In this document: positions 25,935-39,156 of the stretch, piece by piece | How the letters are laid out: each line of letters starts with the position of its first letter | Numbering within the stretch: position 1 is the first letter of the stretch | Assembly (NCBI GenBank): GCA_020891255.1 | Contig: BQFW01000008.1 | Location: 310,001 to 374,000 of the forward strand | Reading direction: 5' to 3' | Source: Entomortierella parvispora E1425 | Lineage: Eukaryota > Fungi > Mortierellomycota | Length of the DNA stretch: 64,000 nucleotides | Made by a program: the position numbers and the translations under genes | The notes under the pieces: model-generated | Databases searched by the model: none | Told to the model about the DNA's origin: nothing | What the model saw: only the letters and a program-made list of their open reading frames with translations

Positions 25935-27366
25935 TTGGGGGGACCTAGTGTTTTAAATAATGTTATGGGGGTTCTTTCTTCCCTGTGGCGGGCTGACGGA
26001 GTGAGTCCTGTAGAGTGAAACTGGAGGGACAGGAAGACAAGGGTGGGAATTTTATTGCGAACTGACAAGGAAAGAGAAGGGCGGAGGACGAAAGGAGCAG
26101 GAAAAGCGAAAGAAGGTCGCTTTTGATGCGACGACGGAGGGGGCGTCCTGGGAAAGTGGACGGTGCTCATTGGGGGGAGATCAGAGGCGGAAGAGCGCCA
26201 TAAAAGGACACCTTGCGTTGGAATTTGATTCAACCGTCAGGTCTGGAGAAGCAGGAAACCCCTTTGGAAGAGCAATTGTGCACCCTCCTGGCGTCAGTCA
26301 AGCGGCGGTCTTGCATCGATGGACACTAGACAGATCAAAGAAAGACCTGGGCTCGGCCGGGACAGCTTTGGTCAGGGGTCTTGCATCTAGCTTGCCACGA
26401 CGACCCGCCCTCGCGTGGATCAAGTCTTCTTTTTCTCTCCTCTTTTCAGGAAACAGAAAATGAGGAGGTGTGCCAGTCACACCTCTTTCATTCACTCACT
26501 CCCTCCCTCTGCAGCCCATGCGACCACGGAAGATTCTTCCAGTCTGACCAACGGGACCCTCCTCTCCCTCTCCTCCCAGTCTCTGAGTCGCGCGCGCGTG
26601 TCACCATTTTCAGCATTGCATCATTGAAGATCAATCTCGCCTTCTTTTGCTCACTCTGTCGACTCCTTCCTTCCTTCCCCCCGCTTATTTCCCTTCTCCT
26701 CCTGTCTTCTGCTCCTTCCTTCCTTTCTTTATTTTACATCACCTTCCTCCACCATCGCAATGTCTAGTCCAATAAGCCGAACGGACTCTCCCTCCCAGGG
26801 TACAGCTACAACAGCATAGCCGTGTGTCCATCCATCTTTGTGTGCCCTCGTCTTTAATGCCGTCATTCATAGTCGTTTTTATTCTCTTGTTGTTTCTTTT
26901 ATTGTTATCGCATGCTTCATCCTCCAGACGAACACGCAAAGAGAAAGAGAGACGAGCAGGATGCTCTTGAAAAGCTACAGGGCGAGTCGACATTGGTGAG
27001 TGCTTAATCTTTTTTTCGTCCTCCCCTGATCCATCATGACCAAAAGATCCACTCGAAGATTTCAGTTGCTCCTTCAACACCTTTTTTTTTTTTTTTTTTT
27101 TTTTTTACCTCAAGGACTGACACCCCCTCTGCTGCTTTTCTTGTCTCTAGTCCTCAGAAGTCGAAAACCTTCCACCCAAGAAGATGCAAGTGGTTTTTTT
27201 GTCCAGGAGAGGCTGACTGATCCCAATTGTTTTTACTCTGCTTCATGTCTAACACTGACACCGCCACTTTTTTATGTTGTACCTTATCCATAGTAAGCCA
27301 GAAGAGTCCCACACGAATACAGTTTCAAAGGCAGAGGTGAAGAATATTCAGAGGAATCTCAAGACC

Positions 27367-29099
27367 ATGCCCTTGGAGGATCAAAAGAGTATTGAGGGAC
27401 AGAGCAAGGACAAGGAGATGGATGAGGTCAGCGAATCCAGCACCGGTGAAGGCTCGCCTCAAGAGTCTCCTGCTCAGGGCCCGGAAAAGATCGAGTCCCG
27501 GCCTTCGTCTGCTGCATCATCTATCACCACCACAACACCGGTACCAGCAGTAGCAGAAACGGAACCACCCAAGAGGACTAGCGGCTTCAACGACACCTCC
27601 TCGGTCAGTCCCTTTGCAAAAGTAAAGTCGGGAGAGAATGTCTTCTCGAGTGCCGCCAGCCCCTTCGCAGCCGTTGAAAAGACCACCAGCATCTTTGACT
27701 CGCAGCCAGCCTCGTCCTCTGCATTCTCGAGCGGATTCGGCAGCAGCGCATTCGGGGGCGACTCGGCCAAGAGTGTCTTTGGCGCCGACTCTTCAACGTC
27801 CACGAGTGTGTTTGGCTCTGGATCGTCGACCACCAAGAGCGCCTTTGGCTCTGATTCCTCGGCAACCAAAAGCGTTTTTGGCTCTGAACCCTCGACGACC
27901 AAGAGTGTTTTTGGATCGTCCAGCTCGTTTTCGTCTGGATTTGGACAAGGATCGGAATCGACTGCCTTTAGTGTTTTTGGTGCAAAATCTGTTGTTGGAT
28001 CAGTCGGGAACCCCTCTCAAGCTGCCCGCGAGAACACTTCTGTAAGCGAATCATCTTTGCATCTGTTTCTTTTTTTTTTCTCCGTGGAAAGGGTACTCGT
28101 GTGGCAATTCTTTTTTTCTGGTACTGACCCTTCCTTTCAAAAAAAATACAGGCCTTCACTTCATCACAGCCTACGAGCTCTTTTGGCGGTACTTTTGGAT
28201 CAAAGGCCAGCTTTGGCAAAGAGGCCAGCTTCTTGGGTGATCAGGACAGCCAAAATCAGAGCCAAGGAGATTTTGGTGAGATGTTGTCGCAACACCAAGC
28301 CGGCAACGAGGATGATCAGCAAGAAGAAGAAGAAACAGAAGATTTTGGAACAGGAATATTTACGAACGCAGAGCAAGTCGACGGTAAGTACATCTCACGA
28401 ATCCAGAGATCTGAGAAAAGAGGCTTTTGGGGGGGTTTGAACAGCCTTGGGACCCACCCTTCATCTGCTTTTATTCATCCTTTTCATCCTCCCTTAGTAC
28501 AAACTGGTGAAGAAGACGAAATGAACATTTTCTCAACCAAGGGCAAGTTGTACGCTGATGCGGACAAGACACAATCGTGGAAGGAGAGAGGCAAGGGGAC
28601 ATTCAAGGTCAATGTCGGTCGCAAGGATACTAAGCTTGCCCGCCTCGGTAAGTGATTTACCTTTCTTTAGAAGGAGGGCTCTACTTTTTTTTTCGCAATT
28701 TTGTTTTCAACCATGGATCTGACATGGATGACCCTCCTGTTTTTTTATCTTAGTGATGCGTGCGGACGGTGTGTTGAGACTTATCTTGAACATTGCGATC
28801 TTTCCAGACATGAAGGCCATCATTACTGGGGACAAATACGTGCGGTTTGTAGGCGTAGAAGATGGTCAACCCATGTCCTTCCTGCTGAAGGTATAGCGAA
28901 TTTTCTTGCCAGGCTCTCCTCTCCACTCATTTTTGTTTTTGTTTTTTTAGAAAGTATTAATCCACGAATACTCTCCTCATTTGGCTCATGTCAATAGGTC
29001 AAGGACATCACAGAAGCAGAGAACGTTGTGCGCAGTATCGCTCGTGCGTCTGAAAGACAGCTTCATGGCAAAGGACAAGGAGTTGTGTTGAAGGACTAG
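27367..29099 (+). CDS. RanBP1-domain protein with FG repeats (Yrb2/RANBP3- or Nup2-like)
   Basis: Ser/Phe/Gly-rich SVFG/SAFG repeats; spliced Ran-binding domain VQTGEEDE..IFSTKGKLY...WKERGKGTFKVN...RL|VMRADGVLRLILN; five exons from ATG 27367. Extra upstream exons (26759-27300) cannot be excluded. Confidence 0.85.
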
Positions 29100-29263
29100 A
29101 GAGGATTAGAGACATTACAGTTGTCAATGGACACCAAAAAGTTTAATAATAAAAAAAGGACAAAAGCGAATGCCCTACTCAACCCTTATGAAATATGTAA
29201 AAAGGACAGGGTTGGGCATTAGATTCAACGATGAGGAAAGAGGAAACAAAGTGAGAGAGATTT

Positions 29264-32715
<3,452 letters not shown>

Positions 32716-32780
32716 TCTAACTGCGTGCACCTGGGAACGACAAACGAGGATGAGTAAGGTCAAGAACATGGACTCACACA

Positions 32781-32784
32781 CATG

Positions 32785-32819
<35 letters not shown>
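32781..32819. repeat. (CA)n microsatellite
   Basis: Near-perfect CA run just upstream of the AlaRS ATG, inside a predicted 5'UTR intron. Confidence 0.95.
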
Positions 32820-32821
<2 letters not shown>

Positions 32822-33184
32822 ACACAAGAACAAAGGTGGAGGACATACAGGGAGGATATGAAGAGGGGCGGATGGGGGAAGAGAAAGAGCAAGAACAAAA
32901 AGAATAAGAGGACCAGCCAGGAGCGAGAAACCATGGCAGCAGGCGGTGCGCATGGCCAGAGCCCACCTGGACAGCAGGCAGCAGGGCGAGTGGTGGTGTT
33001 TGTGGGTGGCTTGGCATGGCTCACCTTGTGTCAAATCGTATTCATTCTGCACGTGATCCTCAATTTGCCACCAATTTTTCATGTGCCGCCTCATCCTTTT
33101 TTCCACAGCGCAGATGAGAAAGTGTCCACATCCCATCTTCATCCTCCGCCGCCGCCGCCGTCGCGCGTCATTCTTCTGCGCCTC

Positions 33185-34783
33185 ATGGACCAAGTCAAGG
33201 AGTACCATGGAGCTCGCATCCGAACATTACTCAAAACGAATCGCGTCAGTAACAGTCATCATGCCATCAACAACGACGTTTCAAGTTCAGATACAGATGG
33301 CCCAAACACTCCCAAGACCCTCAGCCCGGTCGAAATCCCAGAGATTCTTTTGATAATCCTGGAGTATATTCCAAGATACACCTACTCATCTCTCTGTCGC
33401 GTCTCGAAACTCTGGCACAGTCTCATCCAACCGCTAATTTGGGGGTCGCTATCCTGTACGGACGAAGTGGGCCTGCGGCTTATTGCGCCCCACTTCTCAT
33501 CCAACGTCGATTACATCCAAAAGATCGAGTCTATCCTCTATATGGAGCAGAAGTTTAGAGAACTATCATGGCTGCCTCGCCTTTTCGTGGATGGCAGGAC
33601 ATACCCCAACTTGACTACGATTTGTTTAGACGGATTTACAGAGTCGCCAGAAACGGGAAGCAAAGAGTCCTATTTATTGGGTCTTGTTCGATGCTGTCCC
33701 AATCTCACGGAAATCGACCTCCGCGGGTGCCAGCTTTTGGTGTCGTATCCGCTCGACTTTTTATACGAATGTCCGCGTCTGCAATCATTGTACTATGACT
33801 ATCCTTGTTGGTCAGATTCCATTGGCGTCCCTCCCTGGGAAAACAGTCCGCTCCTTTCGGCCGGAAAGCATTGGCCCAACCTTCGACATTTGCATATCAA
33901 CGATTCTTATGAACTCGGCTCTCGAGCTTTGGAGCTGTCCGAAATTCTTTTGAAAAGCTCATTTTGCCTGGAGTCTTTGTGTTTGGGAGGCCGCGCTTGG
34001 ACACAAAACGTATTCAGGCATCTGGCGACTCCAGGACCAAGGTCAGAGGGAATCACTAAATCACAGGAGGCAGTTGCGTCGGAACCCACAAAGTCCATGG
34101 TGTCATCCTTAAAGCTGCGGGACTTTCACTATTCGAACATTGACTTTGAAGAGATGATGCCCAGATTGACAAAACTAGAAATTATGGAACACTATGTAAC
34201 CTCCGGGATTAGCAAGCAGCTTGGTGAAGGCATTTGCGGGCGTCTAGTGGAGCTGGCCATTACGGAGAGCCATCTAAAGGAGTTGTGGGCACCTTTGAGC
34301 AACGCCGACCATCTCCGAAAACTGGCAGTGAGACTTTTGTTGGGTAACGGCCTGATGGACTGTTCAAGTGCAGAGTTGCCGCGATGGACATGCCTGGGGC
34401 TACAAGAGCTGTCACTTGGCTGGACAGATCGAAAGACACGCGACTCAGAGTCCAACCTGAGTTGCTCATCGATGGCCCTTTGGGAGGAGATTGCCAATCT
34501 TAGACAGCTGAGAGTCCTGCGACTTCTGAATTGCAAGGTCATCAGTGATGAATCGGTCACCCCTTGTCCTCTTGCGATGCTCAAGGATCTCGACCAGCTG
34601 CGGGAATTAGAGGTGACCCATTCTTCCCAGTGGACTCGGCAGGAGGTGGCGTGCGTAGCCGAGTTCTGGCCAAGATTAAGTCTCTTCAGGTACCATCTCT
34701 CCAAGATGAGCATTTTCCATTGGAGTTGGCTTCGACAGATGCGACCGCTTCTGTCCATGGAAGACATAGAGAAAATCAAATAA
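33185..34783 (+). CDS. Intronless F-box protein with degenerate LRR-like repeats
   Basis: F-box-like EIPEILLIILEYIPRYTYSSLCRVSKLWHSLIQPLIW followed by LxxLxL repeats (CPNLTEIDL, CPRLQSLYY, WPNLRHLHI) and WTCLGLQELSL; first plausible ATG 33185. Confidence 0.8.
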   Translation: MDQVKEYHGARIRTLLKTNRVSNSHHAINNDVSSSDTDGPNTPKTLSPVEIPEILLIILEYIPRYTYSSLCRVSKLWHSLIQPLIWGSLSCTDEVGLRLIAPHFSSNVDYIQKIESILYMEQKFRELSWLPRLFVDGRTYPNLTTICLDGFTESPETGSKESYLLGLVRCCPNLTEIDLRGCQLLVSYPLDFLYECPRLQSLYYDYPCWSDSIGVPPWENSPLLSAGKHWPNLRHLHINDSYELGSRALELSEILLKSSFCLESLCLGGRAWTQNVFRHLATPGPRSEGITKSQEAVASEPTKSMVSSLKLRDFHYSNIDFEEMMPRLTKLEIMEHYVTSGISKQLGEGICGRLVELAITESHLKELWAPLSNADHLRKLAVRLLLGNGLMDCSSAELPRWTCLGLQELSLGWTDRKTRDSESNLSCSSMALWEEIANLRQLRVLRLLNCKVISDESVTPCPLAMLKDLDQLRELEVTHSSQWTRQEVACVAEFWPRLSLFRYHLSKMSIFHWSWLRQMRPLLSMEDIEKIK

Positions 34784-34958
34784 AAATGTTACGGCCATAG
34801 CGCGTCATCTCTGTGTCATGAACGTTTTATTTTATTCGGCCGTTTTTTTTGTCCTCCTCCTTTCTTTCTTCTTTCCATCCCAAACGCCTATCCTCCTTCT
34901 TCAAGTCACAAAGACCCACCCTGCTTTCACAACAAAACCACTCAATCAATAATCCAGT

Positions 34959-36739
34959 ATGCGAATCTCTTTGCTGTTGCTATTGCCTTTCCTCGATATC
35001 TGGATCGAAGCCGTTCGTGCTCGAGATTCTGTCGCGTGTGGCCCGTCTGTCTCCTCGTCATGCCCCGAATCCACACCCTGTTGTAACAGTATGTTCACGA
35101 TTCACCTTGTTCGTTTTTGCTGCAATCATTGACTGATCACTGTTTCTTTTTGATCAAAGATGGAATATGCCACCAAACTTCTTTGACAGCATGTCCGATT
35201 TCTCTGGGCTGTGACCCTTGGCATTCTTACTCTCTTGAAGACGTTCCGGTCAGTAAGCAACACAAAGAAAAGGATTCAAGCCAGAAATCGAACTCACCCC
35301 CCAACAGCGCATGCTTTGCCTTGCCTGTGTGCCGCTCTTTCAAGGACAACTTCAAGAGCAACAAGCCTGATCGACGGGGACAACACCAAGTATTGATTCC
35401 AAAGTTTGATTTTTCCGGCGACCCAGACCAAGCGCACTGGACCTCGGACTTTGAGCACCTTGCTTCAGAGCATGTCTTGGTGGACACCAAGAAAAAGAAG
35501 TTACTTTTGAAAGCAAAAAGGTATGGGTCCTTTCCTTTTCGCACCCTTCACTTGATCCCTTACGACGAAATGCACTATTTCAAACAAATCATTACTCTTT
35601 TACTTACTCAATTGACCAATCCTTTTATTAGGGACAAGATCAAAACTCAGAGCGGCGGAGGGTTTGGCGCAACCATCTCTTCCACTCGATGGAACAAGTA
35701 TGGGTCGTTCTCTGCAAAATTCAAGTCTGGCGCCTCAGGTCCCGGGATTGTCACGGCCATGATGCTCTCTAACCCAAACTTGGGAGAAGAGATCACAATC
35801 GAGGTCACTGGTCGAGACCCTAAAACTGTCATCACTGACTTTTTCAGGGACTCTGTCCATTCTCAGACTCGGGGTTGGAGTGCCTACTTTCACGCTATTT
35901 CGTTCAAGGGCCTACGGTCGTGTGGACGAACACTCAAGAACTTGTTTCTCCCCTTGAAAGGCAAGACGAAATCCAGAGCCGTCGTGCCCGTGGATTATTC
36001 TCACAAGGAGGTGTCCAAAAAGGGCAGCAGAGGGATCCTCAAAGACCTTAGAGAGGCAACAGAGCTGGATAAAGACGATGGGTCCCTGGAGGCATCACAC
36101 GCGCTCAAGAAATCTGCCGTGGACAAGGCACTTGTCTACAAGATTGAATGGACCGAAGAAAAAATTGTGTGGTTCGTCGATGGAAAAGTGCTTCGAACTC
36201 TGACATCAGCCGAGTTGCTCCGAGAGCGAGGTTACGGGCTGCCTACAGAGCCTATGCAGATGCAACTCACCATTTGGGACGCGGGTTACTCCAAAGAGAC
36301 ACGCGCTTGGGCTGGAGGCGAGACCGATTACGGGGCCAATAATGAGAAGGAGTATGTCACCTCGGTCGACTGGATCGAGATTGTCTGCCAAGACGCCAAA
36401 GAGAGTTCCCGAAACCCTTGGCCAGGTCTTGAGGCGGAAAAGCGGTTGGAGCAAGTCAAGAAGGAAACAGAGGCGATAGCAAAGGAAGAGGAAAAGAAGG
36501 CTCAAGAAGAGAAAAAGAAACTGGAGGATGCAAAGAAGGCGGAAGAACTGAGAGGTAAAGGAGGCAAGGAACGCGGCCTTGCAGTGAGGTTTGTGGGCGC
36601 GTTGGTAAACCTCCTTATCAAATGGGCTTTCATATTGGTTATCATTACTGGCAGCGCTGCTTACTTGACCCAACCGCTCAAGGACATGCCGCCCTCAAAA
36701 CTGCCGACAAAGGAGGAGCTATATGGGTTGCAGCAGTAG
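34959..36739 (+). CDS. Crh/Utr2-like GH16 glycosidase/transglycosylase with signal peptide, Cys-rich chitin-binding-like domain and C-terminal TM helix
   Basis: Exon 1 (34959-35088) MRISLLLLLPFLDIWIEAVRA...CGPSVSSSCPESTPCC; introns 35089-35159 and 35521-35631; GH16 motifs ISSTRWNKYGSFSAKFK, GIVTAMML, EEITIEVTG, YKIEWTEEKIVWFVDGK, PTEPMQMQLTIWDAG, WAGGETDY; TM FVGALVNLLIKWAFILVIITG. Confidence 0.85.
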
Positions 36740-36902
36740 ATGAAAAACATCTCAATTGGGAATAAAAAAAATCCTCGGCTGTGTCCATCTTTATCATAGG
36801 CAGTGAGAACTTTTCTCAAACCACTACATGGTACATAGGATTCTATTCTGTGGGAACTCTGGGCCCTTCAATGACAATGCACTGTTTTCCTTGTCTAGTC
36901 TT

Positions 36903-38504
36903 TCAACTAATACGAACATTGGTATCGACTTGTCGGATCTGCACCTTTTTTTCTGTCAGAATCCCCTTCAAGGCAGTATCCATGGTGGCCAGTGGATGTA
37001 ATCCCCCAATCACCGAATGCAATCGTGGCCACTTTTCAATCATCCAATGGACATCGTCCTCTTTCAGTTCTTGAGGCACATGATGCAAAATCAGAGTACG
37101 AAGGTCTCGCCAGGTTTCCAAGCACCCAAGGGACCCTGTCAGTCGGAACTGCAGACTGGATTGGCCATAGATCGGACGCAGTTGAAGATACTGCAAACGC
37201 ACAAGAGTGCTTAATCGCTCCATAACCGCTTTTTGAGTCACATCTACATCGTCATTGTCCACATTATCCACATTACTTGTTTGAATTTCGATCGCGACCA
37301 CCAAACGCTCGAGACCCAAGCACACCCAAGGACGAGCATCCTGCATCATATCCCCACTTCGAATCATATAAGCGGTGAAGCTTACGAGCCCAGTCAAGCT
37401 GCATAGCATGTCTTGCACCACTGAACTCCCTGCAAAGGCAGAGACATCTAGGATCCGAAGCGTTGACCAGTGATGTTCTCGAAGTAGTTTCCAGGTGTCG
37501 AAGCCAAACTGAGCTCTAGGCAGATTCATTTCCTGCAGCTGCAGACTCGCTCCTGACTCCAAGAACCGTATCAAAATATCTTCATTTCGGTAATCAATGC
37601 CAAGGGTAATGTTCGTGAGCTTGGGGCAGTATTGAACATGTCGTTCCAGCTCGGGCTCTAGCAGTTTTCCTGTGAAGGGCTCCGGATTGACAAACCAGAT
37701 GAACGTCTCCAGATCCGGACAAAATCTCAAGAGAGCGAGGTGGTCCTGTAGCCTTTCAATCCCCTGCAGGAGTCGTAACTCGAGCGTCTTGAGCTTCGTG
37801 GGTCGAGAAGGATCTTCCTTTGAGAGCAATTCGTACAGGCTTAGCGGTTGCGACGGATGGTGCTGAGGCTGTTGCTGATTGTCATTGTTCTCTTGCTCTT
37901 TGTCGGTAAACACCTTGGATGAAAAGCTGGCTTCAAGAAGGCGCAGACAGGTCAACCGGGACCATAGAGGCCAACATACATGCCAATTCCTGTGAGAGAC
38001 GTGCAACTTGGAGATGGAAAGCGATTCCAAGGACGGACAGGAAGCAAGAGCCCGCCACAGCTCGTCGCTTCCTTCCAGAGCCTTATTCCCGGTAATCATT
38101 TTGGAAAGATTAACGTGGATGAGGGTAAGTCGATGGCGATAAACCAGGTTGGCCCGGTCGTTGACATGGCCGATCAAGGCCAGGCGTTCCAAATTTTGAC
38201 AGTGGAGTTCGTCGAAAAAGGCAGAAAAAGGGGTTGCCATGTCATCATAGCCATTGTGGTTGTTGCAGGTGAGGTCCTTGACGAAGTGGGAATAGCGAAC
38301 GAGGAAAGCTCTGCGAAGTTTGACGTTGGGGTAGCTGAAGGTGGGAACGAGAGCGAGGGTTCGCCAGAGGAGGGGCAGGCAGGTCAGGCTCCACGACCTG
38401 GACACACGAGAGCAAATGGCAAGGTCATGGCGGGTCAGAAACTGGACAATGTGGCTCCTGATCTCGGGCAGGTCGAATGGATGTGACATGGAAGTTGAGG
38501 ACAT
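36903..38504 (-). CDS. Intronless F-box protein with degenerate LRR-like repeats
   Basis: HPFDLPEIRSHIVQFLTRHDLAICSRVSRSWSLTCLPLLW F-box; repeats CPSLESLSI, CPDLETFIW, CPKLTNITL; PWVCLGLERL and WPRLHSVIG motifs shared with the other F-box gene; ATG 38504. Confidence 0.85.
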   Translation of the reverse strand: MSSTSMSHPFDLPEIRSHIVQFLTRHDLAICSRVSRSWSLTCLPLLWRTLALVPTFSYPNVKLRRAFLVRYSHFVKDLTCNNHNGYDDMATPFSAFFDELHCQNLERLALIGHVNDRANLVYRHRLTLIHVNLSKMITGNKALEGSDELWRALASCPSLESLSISKLHVSHRNWHVCWPLWSRLTCLRLLEASFSSKVFTDKEQENNDNQQQPQHHPSQPLSLYELLSKEDPSRPTKLKTLELRLLQGIERLQDHLALLRFCPDLETFIWFVNPEPFTGKLLEPELERHVQYCPKLTNITLGIDYRNEDILIRFLESGASLQLQEMNLPRAQFGFDTWKLLREHHWSTLRILDVSAFAGSSVVQDMLCSLTGLVSFTAYMIRSGDMMQDARPWVCLGLERLVVAIEIQTSNVDNVDNDDVDVTQKAVMERLSTLVRLQYLQLRPIYGQSSLQFRLTGSLGCLETWRDLRTLILHHVPQELKEDDVHWMIEKWPRLHSVIGGLHPLATMDTALKGILTEKKVQIRQVDTNVRIS

Positions 38505-39051
38505 GGCACAGACATGGAGAGATGGTAAAGAGCAGCGAGCAACGCGAAAGAATGAACAAAAATCTTCCATCAGCCACAACCTTTACCCTCATTCGCGCAT
38601 GCACAACTTTCGGAGTTCACCAAGCTCATCATGCACCCATCTTGATCTGCCTGTTCGCCGAGGAAAATCGGAGAATACTCCCTCGTCCAGCACAACCGCA
38701 TCCCTGGCAAAGCATGCGAAAACAGCTACGCGACCCTCTTTGTTTCGTTGCAGTAACGGCCCTTCCTGAGACTGACCACCCAATTCCACAGCATGGCGTG
38801 TCTTCGTGTCTTGGAGGCCTGCACTGCTCCAGCGCGACCCCTCAACAAACGAGGCGTAGTCTTTTTTTTTTTTTTTTGCTGCGGTAGTCCAATATTCAAT
38901 CTTGTGTTCCACGGAGCAAAAGCGAAGAGCGCGAACGAGACGCGCGGTGGTGGAAATGGGTCTTGCCTAGAACGCGAGGGGTCAATGTGAGGGTGTTGCT
39001 GGGCGCAGAAAGGAACAAAGACGCAGCACATCTTTGCCTTTGAAAAAAAAG

Positions 39052-39058
39052 TATAAAA
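39052..39058 (+). promoter_or_regulatory. Candidate TATA box (TATAAAA) for the vWA gene
   Basis: TATAAAA about 100 nt upstream of ATG 39157, followed by a pyrimidine-rich CT tract that could host the initiator. Confidence 0.4.
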
Positions 39059-39156
39059 TGGTTGTCGTATCTCCTCCTTCGTTCAACAACTCCCTCGCTC
39101 CTCCTTCCGTTCACAAAACACCTCACTCTCCTGCACAGGATCTTCGAAACCAAGAA

